From NCBI GenBank assembly GCA_001275005.1, contig JWZX01002446.1, positions 1-37,716 on the forward strand: a stretch of DNA of 37,716 bases. Reading direction: 5' to 3'. The notes beneath the pieces are model-generated. The model saw only the letters and a list, made by a program, of their open reading frames with translations. It ran no database searches and was not told where the DNA came from. Of this stretch, positions 8,573-18,698 are shown piece after piece. The stretch's first letter is position 1; each line of letters starts with the position of its first letter. This stretch comes from Chrysochromulina tobinii (taxonomy: Eukaryota). The translations under genes and the position numbers were made by a program.

Positions 8573-10276
8573 ATGGCTCGGTGCAGCCTATTGCTCGTGA
8601 CCGCAGCGGCGGCGCTGCAGCCACTGCCACTGCACACGCCGCTGCGGACATCCGCGGCGCCGCGCGTCATCTGCTTGCGCGAGAGCCCGTGGATGTCGCC
8701 CATCACTGTAGAGGCGCCCGGACTCAACGGAGGCGACCTCTGGGCGGGCGCTCGCGGCTCGGACGAGGAATTCGAGTACGCCATCTCGGAGGCCATGAGC
8801 ATGACCATCACTGCCCCAATCATCCCACAGTTTTATCCCCAGAGGAGGTGGTTGTGGCGGAAATGGCGAGGGACGATCTTACCGCGCGTGCTGCCACGCG
8901 AGGTCGCTTTCAACGTCGGCTTCGCCATCGCGTGCGTGCTACTCGCACGCTTGCCGGCCACGGTCGCCGAGGCGCCGGCCGCCGCGCAGATCCTGCGAAC
9001 GATCTCTGGAAATCTGAGGACGGTTGACAAGGTGTGGCTCCTCACGAGCGGGCTAGTCTCGTTCACACTCTCCTTCTTCCTCACGCAGTCGTACGCCTTC
9101 TGGCGCTCGGTGTACTCGAGCACACGCAAGGTGCAGGGCCGCCTCAACGACATCGGGCTGCTCTGTGCCGGCGCGGCCGAGCGCGACAGCCGCGGCGAGT
9201 ACACCGAGAGCGCAGAGCAGTTGCTGAGCGTGCTCGGCCGGTACGTGCGCCTTTACTCGATGATGCTCTACAGCAGCTGCACCACGCGCTTCGCCGTGTT
9301 GCAGACTCCGCGTGGCCTCGGCGCGCTCGTGGACTGCGGCGCGCTGACCACCGCTGAGCGCACCGCGATGCTGCAGACCGGTATGGGCTCCAATGCGGTG
9401 CTTATGTGGATGTCCACACTACTCAACTCGGGGCTGAGTGACGGGCGCCTCGGAGGCTCCCCTACGGGAGGACAGCCTCTTGGTCTACAGCTCGCTTTCC
9501 AGCAGTGCTTCACCGAGCTCAGAGGCTGCAGTGCGTCGATCGCCGATGAGCTCACCGGCCGCATGCCGCTCGCGTACACGCAGCTGGTCCAGATCATGGC
9601 AGACCTTCTGATCGCCGCCACCCCCTTTGCTCTCCTCCATTCCGTGGGAGGCGTCGGCGCCGTCGTGGGCACCGCGCTGGTCACCTTCTTCCACAGCTCC
9701 ATCCTCTACCTGGCCAAAATGTTCCTCGACCCACTGAACAATGACCAGTACTCGAGCGACATGGGGATCAACGTCGCCACGCTCATGCAGGAGACGAACC
9801 TGGGCAGCGAGCGATGGCGCAAGTCCGCCCAGTGGGTCCCTGAAGCGACGCTACCCCGCGACAGGTCGCGTACCAATGAGGAGGAAGAGCGATGGCGAAT
9901 GGGGGGTGGACGGCTAGCGAGCAGCAGAACTAATGAGGGGGGCAATCAGGTGCAATCCGATGCAATCCGGTGCAATCAGGTGCAATCAGAGGGGGGTGGA
10001 CGGCTAGCGAGCAGAACGGATGCCGCCACCGCCCCCAACCTCGCTGGCGCCGCCAACGCAGAGCCAACGCCGACGCCAACGCCGCCAACGAGTGCATCGG
10101 CGCCGGCGCCGGCAGCGGCCGACAGCTTGAGCGGCATCCAGCTTCTTGGCAAGGGCAACGTGCCGCTCGAGCTCTTGGGACTGAGTGCTCTGCCTGCCGA
10201 CTGCTCCGCCGACTGCTCCGCGGCTCCGGCACCGATGGAACCACCGATGGAACCACGGGGGGGTGGGGCGTCGTGA
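8573..10276 (+). CDS. Bestrophin-like (UPF0187/RFP-TM) anion channel, probably plastid-targeted
   Basis: Signal plus transit-like N-terminus (MARCSLLLVTAAAA-LQ..). Motifs FTLSFFLTQSYAFWR, GRLNDIGL, RMPLAYTQLVQI and LAKMFLDPLNND resemble algal bestrophin-like proteins. Low-complexity C-terminal tail. Confidence 0.8.
   Translation: MARCSLLLVTAAAALQPLPLHTPLRTSAAPRVICLRESPWMSPITVEAPGLNGGDLWAGARGSDEEFEYAISEAMSMTITAPIIPQFYPQRRWLWRKWRGTILPRVLPREVAFNVGFAIACVLLARLPATVAEAPAAAQILRTISGNLRTVDKVWLLTSGLVSFTLSFFLTQSYAFWRSVYSSTRKVQGRLNDIGLLCAGAAERDSRGEYTESAEQLLSVLGRYVRLYSMMLYSSCTTRFAVLQTPRGLGALVDCGALTTAERTAMLQTGMGSNAVLMWMSTLLNSGLSDGRLGGSPTGGQPLGLQLAFQQCFTELRGCSASIADELTGRMPLAYTQLVQIMADLLIAATPFALLHSVGGVGAVVGTALVTFFHSSILYLAKMFLDPLNNDQYSSDMGINVATLMQETNLGSERWRKSAQWVPEATLPRDRSRTNEEEERWRMGGGRLASSRTNEGGNQVQSDAIRCNQVQSEGGGRLASRTDAATAPNLAGAANAEPTPTPTPPTSASAPAPAAADSLSGIQLLGKGNVPLELLGLSALPADCSADCSAAPAPMEPPMEPRGGGAS
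9901..10017 (-). mobile_element. Antisense introner-family insertion (90-bp period) within the bestrophin CDS
   Basis: GGGGGGTGGACGGCTAGCGAGCAG at 9901 and 9991 flanks the reverse complement of (CTGATTGCA)n..CCCCCCTCATTAG. Confidence 0.75.
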
Positions 10277-10767
10277 CGGGCGCGACGGCTATACCACGGC
10301 TGGACATCACGGGCGCCATGATGAGCATGGGCGCCATGATGAGCACTGGTGGACTGCTTGCGCTCGCATGGCGCCCATCATGGCGCCTGAGTTTGGACGC
10401 AATCAGAGGCGCCTGAGTTTGGAGCCCACGAGCGCACTCTGCGACAGGACAGTAGCGCATGCCCGCGAGCAATGCCGTGCTCGGCATCATAGAGGCTAGG
10501 GTAGCCGCCCGCACGGGCGCGGACCGACGAGGAACGAAGGCGCACAGAGATCACACCATCTGGCCCATCTCAAGCGTGCTAGAATAGCCACATGTGAGTA
10601 GCACATGGGGTCGGCCTGATGCATCAAAGGCAAACGATGCCATGGTCACCCTGTGTGCTGGGAGAGACCGACCCTCACTAGCGAAATTGAGTAGCCCGAG
10701 CGAGCGAGTACTCAGTACTTGTGTTGACCGAGGGGAGCGGAGCCGTCCTTTGAGACGGTGGTGTGGA

Positions 10768-10810
10768 GTGAGCGCGGGGGGACCGCGATGAAACTGACTG
10801 ACTGACTGAC
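10768..10810 (+). mobile_element. Dispersed repeat with (ACTG)n tail, a putative 3' end of a non-LTR retroelement (copy 1)
   Basis: GTGAGCGCGGGGGGACCGCGATGAAACTG(ACTG)n matches the reverse complement of 18091-18139. Confidence 0.55.
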
Positions 10811-10908
10811 ATGGTGGGTCACGCGCTGCACCATTTTACTTAGTAACTCTGCATAGAAACTCAGCGCTCGGGGGTTTTCATGTTTCGAGCGAAATCAAGT
10901 CAATTCTC

Positions 10909-11721
10909 ATGAAGCTCCATTACGCTTTGCTTATTGCCGCACTCGCCGTGGCCGCCGCGCAGGACGATCTGGCCTGGCACGAGAGGGCGAAAAAGGCCGC
11001 TGAAGACGCCTCAAAAGCTGTCAAGGAGGCCAACGATAAGGCCTCACAGGCGTTTGTCGAAAGCGGCGCGAAAGCTAAGCTCAACGAGACTGCAAGGCAC
11101 GCTCAACGAGAAGCTCAACGAAACTGGGTGTTCCTGACGGAGGTGAGCGATAAGGTGGCTGCAAACGCGGAAGATGCCGTGGAGAGGCGCATGTTCGACC
11201 TGCAGCAGCAGGCCTTCAACTTCTTTAAGCTCAGCGACGAGATGATCAAAACCTTGGAAGAGATGGCGTGGAACTTGTTGCAGATTGCCATCCTGCTGCT
11301 GGCGACTCGCTACTTCTCTGCAGACTTGATGCTCCTCATTTTGGGCATCGTGCTCCTCTCCGGCTCCGGCCTGATCACATGCTTTCTCAAATTTGTTTGG
11401 TTCTTGCTCTGGCTCGCGGCGATGGCGCCGCAAATCTTCCTTCTCTTCCTCTTCGTCGCGCTCTTCGTGCGATCGCGCACGCGGGGCGTGCTGATGAGGG
11501 CGTGCGGCATCGAGGACGACGCTCTCTCAAAGGTCTCCGGCACCATGTCCGACGCCTGCTTGGACGCCTGGAAGCTAGCGGCGTCTAAAACGACATTCAT
11601 CAGGATCGAGGACCTTGGGGACAACTCGAAGGATGCGGCGCTCGACCCGGCGATGGCGACGCGGCTCAACGAGATCGAGGCCAAGATCGACGAGCTGGCC
11701 AAGCGAGTGCGCGTGCCGTGA
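10909..11721 (+). CDS. Hypothetical secretory-pathway membrane protein with coiled coils
   Basis: 270-aa ORF with a clear signal peptide (MKLHYALLIAALAVAAA-QD), a charged helical region, about 3 hydrophobic segments and a C-terminal heptad (RLNEIEAKIDELAK). Confidence 0.75.
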   Translation: MKLHYALLIAALAVAAAQDDLAWHERAKKAAEDASKAVKEANDKASQAFVESGAKAKLNETARHAQREAQRNWVFLTEVSDKVAANAEDAVERRMFDLQQQAFNFFKLSDEMIKTLEEMAWNLLQIAILLLATRYFSADLMLLILGIVLLSGSGLITCFLKFVWFLLWLAAMAPQIFLLFLFVALFVRSRTRGVLMRACGIEDDALSKVSGTMSDACLDAWKLAASKTTFIRIEDLGDNSKDAALDPAMATRLNEIEAKIDELAKRVRVP

Positions 11722-12097
11722 ACATGGGTGCAAAGGGGGCCGCCACAGTGGGCGATCGTCACAGCGCGTAACGGCTCGTTGTTCGGTGTTGCGACGCCGA
11801 CGGTCGTGCTTTGTGCACTCGGAGGACACGAACCGACATGTGTAGCACATGTAATTGCTCATAATCGCGCGTCCTAAGCCTAGCGCTACGGTCCTCCTAC
11901 AGGAACGGACTCGACTCCCTAGTACCTGGCGTGGACCCGCCGGGCGCAGCGGCCGGCGCGCACAGCAGCCGAGCCGGCAGCCCATCGACCGGCCGCGCCC
12001 TCGTTACGCAGGACTTCCCACTACGGTGCCCCGAGAGAAGAGGACGACCGGGATAGAGGGTCAAGAAGCGACTGGTTTACCGAAATACTGTCTATGC

Positions 12098-12863
12098 TCA
12101 CGCCTTGGAGGCGAGGATCAGGCCGACGATGAGTCCGTACAAGCCGAGCGCCTCGGCGAAGATGAGGATGAGCACCATGCCAACAAAGAGTTTGGGCTGC
12201 TCCGCCGCCGCTCGCGTGCACGTGTCGCCGACAATGCCGATCGCCAGGCCAGCCGCGAGGCCACTCAACCCGCACGCGAGCCCGCCACCGAAGTGCGCCA
12301 TCGCCGAGCTGCGGGCACGCGGAACGTGAAGCGCGACGGTTGGCCGGGTCGCGAGCAGGCGTCGTGGGGGCGGACGGCAAGGGCACGCGGGCACGCATGG
12401 GGAGTATGTGGAGCCAAGGCGAGGGAGGTCTGGGGTGGGCGTGGCCTGGCGCGTACAACATGCCGTACGCTGGCCGGCCCTGCTCGACGCCCGATACGGC
12501 GTTCGCGATAATCACCGCGATGATCAGGCCGTAGATGCCCAGCACGCCCGCCATGACAACCTGCACAGGCGCAGCATCACGAGCACGCGCACTGCTGAGA
12601 CACTGCGAGTCCTTGTCGGCCATTACGAGAGAGATTTGGCGCGAAGGGCACCATCCACTGGCAGCACACACCGGCACAATGCTCTTCATTACGAGCTCAG
12701 GCTTGCCGACGCCGAGTGCGGAAATGCCCATACCGGACTTTCCCGTGCCGTACGCGGCACCCAGATTGGAGAAGATGAGGGCAAACGCCGCGCCCATGAA
12801 CCCGAGCAAAGGCGCGTTCATGTCGTAGTACTCCATCTCCTCGATGGTCAAAGGAGCAGGCAT
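12098..12863 (-). CDS. VMA3: V-type H+-ATPase 16-kDa proteolipid subunit c; introns 12561-12671 and 12309-12456
   Basis: Motifs [34 protein letters not shown] and [26 protein letters not shown] (proton-binding Glu). Two GT-AG introns restore the canonical sequence. Confidence 0.95.
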
Positions 12864-13482
12864 GGAAGTCGCCCGAGGAGAGCCTTTCACACTTTCTCAG
12901 TGGCTGTGAACACGCGGAGAAGCGACAAAAGCGCACGCCTCGAGAAATGAACACTTAAGGGGGGCAGCACGAATGCCTACATGTACCAAGGAGGAACCCT
13001 CCGTCCTCACATGACGAGTCTCGGGAGGACCTTCAACTCCATTCTTTGCGTCAAATCCCCGTTGAGCATGTGACTCCCTTACTTTTACGAGCGACGCATT
13101 CGATTCTTTGCATGCGATGCACTCGGAGTACATGAGGATGTGACACATGTCGAATTACATTGTACTCCTACCGCCTAGCTCGTTCCTCTGCCTGCTCTCC
13201 TTACGTACTCTACCATGCTGTCGCGCACTACCGTGTACCAGACCGATAATACTGCATACTCCTAGTGCGCGACGGAACTCTCTAAGTCTGATAGCTCGCA
13301 AACAAGTTTCGAAATGTTCGGTTGATCATGATCGCTGTGTCGCGAGAGCAGCCAGGGGCGCGCCCCGCGTGTGCCCGGAGCGTGCCTGCCGTGCGCCGTC
13401 TTCCGTCTACTGAGAGCGCTCTCCCCGTCTCTTATGCCTTGCGCGTTCTCGTGCTCCGCCATCGATTCCAACGATCCCGAAG

Positions 13483-13765
13483 ACCGATGGGCGGCTCGCA
13501 CCCTTCATCGTCCTCCCCCGATGATGACCCCCGCTGATGAGCCCGATGATTGCGCCTGATTGCCACCGATGTGCGGCTCGCACCCATCATCGTCCTCCCC
13601 CGATGATGACCCCCGCTGATGAGCCCGATGATTGCGCCTGATTGCCACCGATGAGCGTTTTCGCACCCTTCATCGTCCTCCCCCGATGATGACCCCCGCT
13701 GATGAAGCCGGTGATTGCGCCTGATTGCCACCGATGAGCGGCTCGCACCCTTCATCGTCCTCCCC
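13483..13765 (+). repeat. 82-83-bp tandem array (host 3' CDS duplication + TGATGACC/CTGATTGCC insert), antisense to the PPPDE gene
   Basis: ACCGATG..GCACCC(T/A)TCATCGTCCTCCCC starts at 13483, 13565, 13647 and 13730, separated by GATGATGACCCCCGCTGATGA..GATTGCGCCTGATTGCC. Confidence 0.85.
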
Positions 13766-16065
13766 AAACGCCTCGCTACGGCCGTTGGCACGCGGCGAGT
13801 ACTCGCCGTCGTAACGGCCATACCCATGCCCAGCTCCCAGCGCGGCCACCAGTCCTAACCCTGATCGTCGGGGCTCCGTCCATGGCGCTCGATACGGCGC
13901 CACGCGGCACGGGTCCGTACGCCGCGGCGAGCGCTCACCATGGCGTTCGCTCGCTGTCGAGGGCGCCGTCGCATCTGCGGTCGATAGTTCACTGTGGCTA
14001 CGCGCCGTATCGAGCGCTCTCGCACCCAGAGTCGCCTGAGAGGCGTCGTATCGAGCACCCAGAGTCGCCTGAGAGGCGTCGTATCGAGCACCCAGAGTCG
14101 CCTGAGAGGCGTCGTATCGAGCACCTAGAGTCGCCTGTGTGGCGTCGTATCGAGCGCTCGATACGGCGGCGCATGGCGGCCTCGAGTCGATGCCGGAGAA
14201 GAAGCGGAGCAGCTCGGTCGAGCGGATGACCCACCTGATGAGGGAGGCAATCGGCGTGCGATCAGAGAGGCAATCAGAGAGAGCATGACTCGGATGACGC
14301 ACGAGGGCGGTGGTCGATGAGGGAGGCAATCAGAGAGAGCATGACTCGGATGACGCACGAGGGCGGCGGCTGCACGCCGAGCACGCTCGCGGCGACGAAG
14401 GACCAGTGGTGGCAGTTGTGCTCGAGGACGTCGTACCTGATGAGGGCGGCCATGAGCGAGGCCATGAGGGAGGTCATCAGCGAGGCGATTGGGGAGGTCA
14501 TCAGCGAGGCGATTAGGGAGGTCATCAGCGAGGCGATTGGGGAGGTCATCAGCGAGGCCATGAGGCAGGTCATGGGCATACGAGCTCGCAGGCCATTCGG
14601 GTGCCATTCGGATTGGGGAGGTCATCAGGGAAGTCATCAGCATCATCAGCGTCATCAGCGTACGAGCTCGCAGGCCATTCGGATGCCATTCGGATTGGGG
14701 AGGTCATCAGGGAAGTCGTCAGCATCATCAGCGTCATCAGCATACGAGCTCGCAGGCCATTCGGGTGCCATTCGGATTGGGGAGGTCATCAGGGAAGTCG
14801 TCAGCATCATCAGCGTCATCAGCGTACGAGCTCGCAGACCATTCGGGTGCCATTCGGATTGGGGAGGTCATCAGGGAAGTCATCAGCGTCATCAGCGTCA
14901 TCAGCGTACGAGCTCGCAGGCCATTCGGATGCCATTCGGATTGGGGAGGTCATCAGGGAAGTCATCAGCGTCATCAGCGTCATCAGCGTACGAGCTCGCA
15001 GGCCATTCGGGTGCCATTCGGATCAACTTCTCGTGAGAGGCGGCCGCGGAGAGCACACTGCGGCCGAGGAGGAGCTTGCAGCGCAGCGGCAGCGTCGCCC
15101 GCCTCTCCTCGTCCTCGTAGTACGGCACGTGCCGAATGACTCCGGAGCCGTGGCAGCTCGCGATGTTGTCAAAGGTGTACTCGATGCCCTGCACAGGATG
15201 CCCGGGTGGCACATCACGCGTCGAGTTGAGCGCACATGAGGATTCGTCATCAGAGGTCATCAGAGGTCATCAGAGGTCATCAGAGGTCATCAGAGGTCAT
15301 CAGAGGTCATCAGGAGGCAATCAGAGGCCATCATCACCTGGATGAGGATGCCCGAGTGGTACACGCCGATGCCCAGCCAGTGTGCGCAGAACGTGTTGCA
15401 CGGCGCGGAGAGGTCGTACCTGCGGGATGGGGTCGCCGTGCTGAGCACTTGCACGCCGCGCAGAGCACGCGTGGCACGGCGCGGAGAGGTACGAATTCGA
15501 ATTCATAGACGTACAAGGTCAGGTAGACATGTGGTGAGTCGAGATGTTCCCAGGGAACTCCCGGGAGGAAGGAGAGCACGCCGCCCTCGCAGGAGGGGAC
15601 CGGCGAGATCTTGCACTTGGCCGGCTCGGCGCCGACTGGCCGCACGCCCTGCGGCATTCGCGCCTCGATGGCCATCCGGAGCATCGAGCCCGTCCTCTTG
15701 AGCGGCGGCGCGGCGCTCGGCGGCGCGTGGGTGCTGCCGTGGTGCCGGTTGCGCCGCTCGACCCAACTCGAGGACCCGCTGCACTCGCAGTCGAACGCGG
15801 AGCTGCCGTGCACCTTCGGAGCGCGCTTGTTCCGCCGCACGAACCAACTCGAGCTGTTCATCGCTGCAAGCTCCTTGGGCGTCATTGTTTCACTGGCGCC
15901 GCTGATGAGGCCACGGTCGCGCCATGCCTGCACGACCCATGGGACGCCAGCATCCGAGTCTTGCCGCAAGTTCTCGACGCTCTTGCTCAACTTTGTGCTG
16001 GGTATCTTGCTGCTCTGCGCCGAGGAGCACGCCGCCGTGGAGATAGGATTCCTTTGCTCGGCCAT
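13670..16065 (-). CDS. PPPDE/DeSI-family cysteine peptidase (deSUMOylase/deubiquitinase-like); introns 15420-15514, 15189-15337, 14437-14991, 14235-14358
   Basis: The spliced product reads VYLTLYDLSAPCN..GIGVYHSGILIQGIEYTF..SSYDVLEHNCHHWS..QPPPSWVIR, matching the PPPDE His/Cys dyad motifs (YH.G and Y.L...NC.H). The 3' end is uncertain (13670 or 13432). Confidence 0.85.
14022..14153 (-). repeat. 33-bp coding tandem repeat (ARYDASQATLG)x4
   Basis: GCACCCAGAGTCGCCTGAGAGGCGTCGTATCGA-type units start at 14022, 14055, 14088 and 14121. Confidence 0.9.
14235..14358 (-). mobile_element. Introner-like intron ending GATTGCCTCCCTCATCAG with a 12-bp target duplication
   Basis: Starts GTGCGTCATCCG, and the next exon starts GTGGGTCATCCG. 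The last 34 nt match intron 5579-5654 at 33/34 positions. Confidence 0.8.
14437..14991 (-). mobile_element. Introner-like intron with an 82-bp tandem amplification of exon end plus donor, TGATGACC units and a GCCCTCATCAG acceptor
   Basis: CGAGCTCGCAG(G/A)CCATTCGG (+ strand) occurs at 14581, 14663, 14745, 14827, 14909 and 14991. The intron and the next exon both begin GTACG. Confidence 0.8.
15189..15337 (-). mobile_element. Introner-like intron: (TGATGACCTC)n array with an acceptor that duplicates the upstream exon end
   Basis: Exon end CCACTCGGGCATCCTCATCCAG resembles intron end CCACCCGGGCATCCTGTGCAG. Confidence 0.75.
15420..15514 (-). mobile_element. Introner-like intron, second family (TGCAAGTGCTCA..CCC.CAG)
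   Basis: Contains ACCTCTCCGCGCCGTGC duplicated from the next exon. Its tail GCGTGCAAGTGCTCAGCACGGCGACCCCATCCCGCAG resembles the sulfatase intron tail. Confidence 0.7.
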
Positions 16066-16288
16066 TACGACGCCGAAGCGTCAACGAAACTCCGCGCGGG
16101 TGACGTCAAATTAAATTGAACCCGAAGAAAATGATTGCGAGGTGTGGCTGTGGTGTCTGAAATTCGAGCTAGTGCTTGACTTTACCCGAGCACCCGAGTT
16201 TCCCCACACTCCTCGCTCAAGAAGCCCCCAAAAGACCGAGCAGGCCGCCCGACGGCGCACATTGAAAAGGCCCCAGAGCCAAGCCACC

Positions 16289-17356
16289 ATGATTCGGCCG
16301 CAGCTTAAGGACTTGTATCAGGGCGGGCACGATATATCCATGGGAGGGAAGGACGCAAAGAAGCTGCAGCCGCCGATGAATGCGTCGCCGGGCGAGCTGC
16401 GTCTCTGGCGCAAGCTCAATGGCGTGCTCGATGATGAGGAGATGAAGAAGGACGACCTCGAGCACGGCAAGGCGAGGAGCCGCCAGATGAAATATCCGGG
16501 CACCAAGGAGCGCCAGGCGGCCGCGGAGAAGGCCAAGGAGATGCACGAAAAGGTGACCGTCGTCAGCAACAGCAGGGACCTGTACGGCGAGAACAAGCGG
16601 CAGCCCAAGATGGACGAGTCGCAGATGTCGGAGGAGTCGTCGAAGCCGAGCGAGGCGGGCGCGCGGCGCGCGAGCATGCCGCCGCCGCGCGCGCCCGCCC
16701 CCAAGAAGGCGCCGCCGAAGCGCGCGAGCAGCAATGGCGGCGGCTCGGGCACGTCGTCGAACCAAGCTTCGCCGCAGAGCTCTCCTCGCGCCGAGCGGCC
16801 GCCGACGCCGAAGCGAAAGCCCTCGCCCGCCAAGCCGCGCGCCGAGGACGCTGCCGCTAAGCCGAAGGCGCGCAAGCCCTCGCCCCGCAGCAGCTCGCCG
16901 CGCGCCATGCCGCCGCGCGCGCCACCGCCGCGCGCTCCGTCGGCGGCCAAGCGACCGCCGTCGCTCGCGTCGACAAAGAACGAGGAGGCGTACGAGGAGG
17001 AGGAGCCATACGATGAGAACGAGGACGCGTACGACGACGAGGGCTCGAGTGCGCCCAAGGGGGGCTCTGGCCGCTCCGTCCAGGAGGAGTACGAGGAGGG
17101 GTACGAGGAGGAGGAGCCATATGAGGAGGAGCCCAAGTCGAAGACGCCCACGCCCGAGCGGCCGACGGGTCAGGCGGACAAGTCGCGCGGCAAGCGGGCG
17201 CGTGCGGGCGGCTCGGACGGCAATGGGCGTGAGGCGCTGTCGCAGATCGAGGAGCTCTTGCCCCAGCTCTCACTCGAGCACAAGAAGGAGCTCCAGGAGC
17301 GTATTGCGGAGCTCATCGAGATGCATGAGCTCCGCTCGATGATCAATCAGCGATGA
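16289..17356 (+). CDS. Hypothetical low-complexity protein (basic Pro-rich then Glu/Tyr-rich, with C-terminal helical segment)
   Basis: GCCACCATG start context, strong GC3 codon bias and an uninterrupted frame. Confidence 0.75.
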   Translation: MIRPQLKDLYQGGHDISMGGKDAKKLQPPMNASPGELRLWRKLNGVLDDEEMKKDDLEHGKARSRQMKYPGTKERQAAAEKAKEMHEKVTVVSNSRDLYGENKRQPKMDESQMSEESSKPSEAGARRASMPPPRAPAPKKAPPKRASSNGGGSGTSSNQASPQSSPRAERPPTPKRKPSPAKPRAEDAAAKPKARKPSPRSSSPRAMPPRAPPPRAPSAAKRPPSLASTKNEEAYEEEEPYDENEDAYDDEGSSAPKGGSGRSVQEEYEEGYEEEEPYEEEPKSKTPTPERPTGQADKSRGKRARAGGSDGNGREALSQIEELLPQLSLEHKKELQERIAELIEMHELRSMINQR

Positions 17357-18090
17357 GCTCCGAGTCGAGATCGGACGGATCTCGAATCGGAGCACCTCTC
17401 TCTCGTGAGCGCCACCCTTCGTAGGTGGCGCCCGAGGCGGCTGTGTGTGAGACATGTACATATGTGGTCATTGGGGCGGTGGCACAGCGTCGTCGGTGAC
17501 GCGCGCACGGCGGAAGGCCTTGGAAGCCTCTCCGCCGATGCGGCGCGCGCCGCGACTGGCACGCGCCACAGCTGCTGGCCCCGAACGCGTATTGGTCTCC
17601 AGCACTGAGACCATCCTTTGTGCATCAGATGCGTGCGTGTGTGTGTTTGTGCATGCGTGTGGCTGGTGGAAGGTGTCCCCTTATGTGTACCCTGCGGCGG
17701 TCAGCGGCTCTCAGCGCAGACCGCGGCGGGTGAGTCTGAGTGGTGGAGCCCCAGCGTGGCATGTGTGGACGTGAGCGTCGTGCTCCGTTGGGCGGCGTAC
17801 GTGTATTTGTGCCGGGCGCGCGCGGTCGGTGACGGTGTGTTTCGCCGGCCGGGGCGCAGCCGGTGCGTGCGCCGGACGCCCGGACCCGGACCAGGGTGCG
17901 TCGAAATGCGCGCCTAGGCTGTGCGCAGCGCCTGTCGCGTCTGCCGTCTCGGCTCTCGCCGGTCCGGCGCTCGGGGCTTGTGGTTTCGCTCATCAATGCT
18001 TTTTCGCGATCCGTAATGTTTTGTGCGCGACCGTCGTCGCGGTGCGGATCGGTCACCTCAGCCGTCAGCGCGCACGTCCACACTATCTTT

Positions 18091-18139
18091 CAGTCAGTCA
18101 GTTTCGTTTACAGTTTCGTCGCGGTCCCCCCGCGCTCAC
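18091..18139 (-). mobile_element. Dispersed repeat with GAAACT/(ACTG)n tail (copy 2)
   Basis: The reverse complement reads GTGAGCGCGGGGGGACCGCGACGAAACTGTAAACGAAACTGACTGACTG. Confidence 0.55.
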
Positions 18140-18698
18140 CCACAAGCCACATTCATAAATCGCACCCGCCTGCGTGTGGCACCCCCCTACAACGGTTCAA
18201 CGCACAGTAAACCCTCTGGAGATTCTGACTTTCTGACATGGTTGCTTTCTGAGGGCTGAGCTCAAGATTCTCTGAAAAACACCGGCGACGTGCACACTGC
18301 ATCACATCACTCTTCGCATCGATCGTCGAAGAGTTGAAACGGGGGAAAAGAGTCAGCCCAGCCACACAAGGCTTGGTGTACATGTGATACATGTGAGTTG
18401 TGACAGCGAACTCAGTGGGTTCTAGCACGATAGAGCGAAAGATTGGTTGTCTTCAGGGATGAACAACGTCAAGGGCGGCATTAAGGGCGGCAGGCGCTGA
18501 GGCGCATCAATGGCTCGATGTGAGCTACAATAGTAGATGCGCCGGCGGGCGGGGAAAACCATTTACTAGTAAGGAAACCATTACCTGAATGCTGTGCATA
18601 TGCATGCAATCCGTAGCAATCTGTGAGTACCGGCCAAAACATGCCCAAACATCTTGGGATTCCACGAGTCGGCATAAAAAGAGTGCCAGGAAAGACCG

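Noticed and set aside
12955..13260. TTAA-GGGGG start of an AT-richer block suggesting a DNA transposon end
   Set aside because: No matching inverted terminus or transposase was found in the window.
14317..15239. Several repeat-rich ORFs (MREAIR.., EVIREV..)
   Set aside because: Antisense translations of PPPDE introns.
4205..15337. Regularly spaced repeats resembling CRISPR arrays
   Set aside because: The intervening sequences are near-identical rather than unique spacers, the units contain splice sites, the context is eukaryotic and there are no cas genes.
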